Below, one piece after another: positions 62,301-64,000 of a DNA stretch of 64,000 nt. This DNA is from Candidatus Iainarchaeum sp. Lineage in GTDB: Archaea > Iainarchaeota > Iainarchaeia > Iainarchaeales > Iainarchaeaceae. Under the pieces are notes generated by a model. The model worked only from the letters and a program-made list of their open reading frames with translations. It had not been told where the DNA came from and did no database searches. The stretch lies in assembly GCA_016202305.1 (NCBI GenBank), contig JACQPB010000041.1:398-64397 (forward strand), written 5' to 3'. The position numbers and the translations under genes were made by a program. Position 1 is the stretch's first letter, and each line of letters opens with the position of its first letter.

Positions 62301-62982
62301 TCCCGCCCGCGCTGTTGCGTTAGACGCCCTCGAGGGCGGATTTTTAACGATGTATTCGGCCGGAAAAATCAACAGGGTTGGATTGTCTTACACAAGCCTT
62401 AGGAACGGAGAGGTTAAAGCCCCAACGCTTGCATGCAACATAGCCGCGGATTTCAGGGCGGAAGGGGGAAGGATAAGGGCAATTGACGCGTATGGTAACA
62501 CCATCGGCATTTACTATGAAGGCGCATATCCTATAAAGTGCCTTGACCGCAACGAAAAGAAAGTCGGGTTTTCAACGCCTGAAGTTGTGAGGGCGCTCTT
62601 TTCCGGAAAGTACGAAAATCGGCAGGAAAATGAGTTCTACATCCTCACGCGCAAAGGGGAAATTTATGCGTGCAACGGAGCAGATGAGTCTTTCACAAGG
62701 CTAAAGCAGCCGTTCTCCCCCTCGGAGGGCAAGTACCCGGTCGCGCTTGCGCTCCAACAGGGAAGGGGCATTGTGATGCTTGATTCATTTGGAAACATCT
62801 ACACCTCCGGGACCGCGCAAAATACCGGCGCCCCGAATTTCGGCTTTGACAATGCGCGCGACCTGCAGATATTCCCTGACGGAACAGGATACGGAGTGCT
62901 TTCCGCGGACGGAAAAGTGTACGCGTATAAGGGGCTGGATCCTCCGGAAAAGCCTGTAAAAAATGAAACCGCGCTCAAATAG
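59362..62982 (+). CDS. large surface lipoprotein with metzincin-type zinc protease motif
   Basis: It has a signal peptide plus lipobox (ALLSGC), a CarboxypepD_reg-like beta domain, and two Cys/Asp-rich repeats (CTNGRDDDSDGKTDCLDEDC and CGNGSDDDGDGSVDCADFSC). HELGHNLGLHH (HExxHxxGxxH) lies at 61207-61239. The C-terminus carries repeated ..[DN]G.[IL]Y[AT].G.. blades. Confidence 0.75.
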   Translation: MWSARPKLAALAVFAFAAIALLSGCTFGQDPTAEITVYVNDASGSPVDGAYVTVYSSYSFGTGIEKTLELGGTITATDTTKNGRATFNITPGNYAFKASKDGAQGDAEQLIVSSQSSITIRLKPKEGIVTAEICTNGRDDDSDGKTDCLDEDCSGNAACTGGEMAADAGKEYRFNANREAKLSANASGGREPYSYQWSINADLQNCSIDDPTLKNPAVRCIRTGESEITLTVKDSSNPAKAATSKAALFSLAPPVELCGNGSDDDGDGSVDCADFSCYASSACIDASCKGYPAGDDKIEGAPARDIGLKSISALSALETVKATTDQLLGNGKSPGVAPQSVGTLRAISLKRKAAMLELAQSQPSLFLLNAMSEKDRQSLPENVSANIEKKEVVEGTLRVFENPHLSPGKSKESESAEPFAHTIRTTGKLEYALKFADNTGVGFVSEQKVVARGVALENVLVAKDGEPENVKVTQNPPANENLGELKFAVILAKTPGTSDPEAVDKIKSNIQYNKKILEEMAYGKSKFTFDVYGWYEVKPKSPDYTSDIDILKVAEAAGVDFSGYGGIMIVDKGQCFGCAIVGKIVYDGELAKYSGKWYSWYSPSAFDIDGFTVVSHELGHNLGLHHANKLECNGAADGDFSDCTHVEYGDSFDTMGSADGQHFNLPYKKIIGWIDAGKIITADKSGIYTINPIEKDSGILGIQIPRKVDESGKAEQFYYLELRLPIGSDEHMLKSIKKGIQLRIQNHYYENGTTHHFEQAGGEVYPLTGIISEGESFTDRQTGTSVKLMSISVESAKVEISLPNLKCTRSEPEFTVAQAKINAKPGQTAYLNAKITNRDSVACSDRQIYVEHEKGKEREYEVTFYSPTGVFYAGNSKEEPVKIASGQTINAVVTIHGSGTQGDFAREIALYEKGKKIASRPVTLSVLEKTDSTDFFGKDMAIRFKYDQSSEGYYLLDKNGKLYAVGNANNVFEDPPAMAAPARAVALDALEGGFLTMYSAGKINRVGLSYTSLRNGEVKAPTLACNIAADFRAEGGRIRAIDAYGNTIGIYYEGAYPIKCLDRNEKKVGFSTPEVVRALFSGKYENRQENEFYILTRKGEIYACNGADESFTRLKQPFSPSEGKYPVALALQQGRGIVMLDSFGNIYTSGTAQNTGAPNFGFDNARDLQIFPDGTGYGVLSADGKVYAYKGLDPPEKPVKNETALK

Positions 62983-63188
62983 TCCGACTGACCTAATTAC
63001 CCAAAGGGCAATCTTTTCTATTTGTGCATTCATTTTTACATTAAGTGAAACATGCGGCCCATAACCGGTTGGCTTGGGAACAACAAATTTCGATGCCCTG
63101 TAGCCTCTGCCATAGCTAAAAATATGCATCAGCATTTCTTTGGCTTTGCGTATGGCAACACCAATATATTTAAATATGGGTACATAGT

Positions 63189-63443
63189 ATGAGTATTCAT
63201 ATGGCCAGCCAGAACATATCTGTAAAGCAGGAAGCGTATGATTTCCTCAGGTCGCGCAAAGGGAGAGACAGGAGCTTTTCCGATGTAATACTGGAGTTCA
63301 AGGAAATGGGCGCGGATAAGAAAGGCAGCCCTGAGGCAGTCATGAAGTTCTTCGGGGTGCTAAAGGGTAAGGGCATCGACTGGAAAGAAAAAGAGAAAAG
63401 GATGGCTGAGTTCAGGGCGGAAGTGGAAAGGCGGCTTGCATGA
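63189..63443 (+). CDS. vapB: VapB-type antitoxin
   Basis: ..ISVKQEAYDFLRSRKGRDRSFSDVILEF.. belongs to the same small-antitoxin family as 12386..12586. It overlaps the following PIN gene by 4 nt. Confidence 0.65.
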   Translation: MSIHMASQNISVKQEAYDFLRSRKGRDRSFSDVILEFKEMGADKKGSPEAVMKFFGVLKGKGIDWKEKEKRMAEFRAEVERRLA

Positions 63444-63832
63444 TAGGCCTGGACAGCACAATCATTATCGACTTGTTCCGTGGCGACATGATGGCAAGGG
63501 AAGCCATTGCAAATGCGGACGAACCGCTTGCAAGCACAATTATCAACTACCAGGAACTTATGTTCGGCCTTGACCTTGACAAAAAAGAGCATAAAGAAGA
63601 GGGGGAATTCTATGACCGGCTTTTCGACGGCATTTTCCTGCTTGACATGACCAAGCAATCCGCAAAAAAGGCTGCCGGAGTAATGAAAGAGCTCCAAAAA
63701 ACAGGGGTGGAGGCCGGCAGATTTGATTCGATGATTGCGGCAATCCTTCTGGAAAGCGGGGTAAAAAGAATCATGACCAGGAATGCCAGGCATTTCGCAA
63801 AAATAAAGAGCCTTGAAGTCATCAGGTACTGA
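63440..63832 (+). CDS. vapC: PIN-domain toxin VapC
   Basis: MIGLDSTIIIDLFRGD.., ..YQELMFG.., ..FDSMIAAILLESG.. and ..TRNARHF match the PIN pattern. Confidence 0.8.
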   Translation: MIGLDSTIIIDLFRGDMMAREAIANADEPLASTIINYQELMFGLDLDKKEHKEEGEFYDRLFDGIFLLDMTKQSAKKAAGVMKELQKTGVEAGRFDSMIAAILLESGVKRIMTRNARHFAKIKSLEVIRY

Positions 63833-63900
63833 ATTTTGGAAAAAATATATTTATATTTATTAACCGAAAATGTGCGAGAAGCTGAACACGGAGAGATTTT

Positions 63901-64000
63901 ATGGCGGAAGACAGGTCAATGTTCGTCGAATTTTTTGGAGACTACCCTATGATAAGGGTGCTTGACTTCCTCATGGAAAACAGCGTGTTCGATTACTCGA
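63901..64000 (+). CDS. putative DNA-binding protein, N-terminal fragment (3' end outside window)
   Basis: MAEDRSMFVEFFGDYPMIRVLDFLMENSVFDYS.. resembles N-termini of small archaeal wHTH proteins (from memory). GGAGAG lies upstream. Confidence 0.4.
   Translation, partial: MAEDRSMFVEFFGDYPMIRVLDFLMENSVFDYS

Noticed and set aside
62785-63135. 116-aa minus-strand ORF spanning the end of the large lipoprotein gene.
   Set aside because: Two thirds of it overlap the well-supported 1206-aa gene in antisense. The non-overlapping part has no recognisable features or translation signals.

Overview
This is a dense archaeal chromosomal segment, roughly 90% coding. It may come from a small-genome or uncultivated lineage, but that is inference only. 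The backbone carries information-processing, chaperone, envelope and replication/division genes: GluRS; L7Ae-S28e-L24e-NDK-dUTPase-aIF5B-S6e-aIF2gamma-(PIN)-Rpo7-Spt4-S24e-S27ae; Sua5-Kae1; GrpE-DnaK-DnaJ; ValRS; Bud32; S15; S3Ae; SppA; CarS; an archaeosortase-family protein; SecF/SecD; Nog1; PolD DP1/DP2; SepF; Orc1/Cdc6; Hel308; NAC; FKBP. Visibly A/T-richer accessory pieces interrupt this backbone. They are two large LAGLIDADG inteins (aIF5B P-loop and Hel308), a type II restriction-modification pair, an AbiEi/AbiEii island bracketed by a ~41-bp direct repeat, and at least eight toxin-antitoxin-like modules. The most unusual item is a tandemly duplicated module in which a small antitoxin-like ORF and a RelE/HigB-like ORF are convergent with physically overlapping stop codons. 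I recognised no rRNA, tRNA, CRISPR array, transposase or integrase. All calls were made by eye from translated ORFs and motifs, no searches were run, and start codons are approximate.
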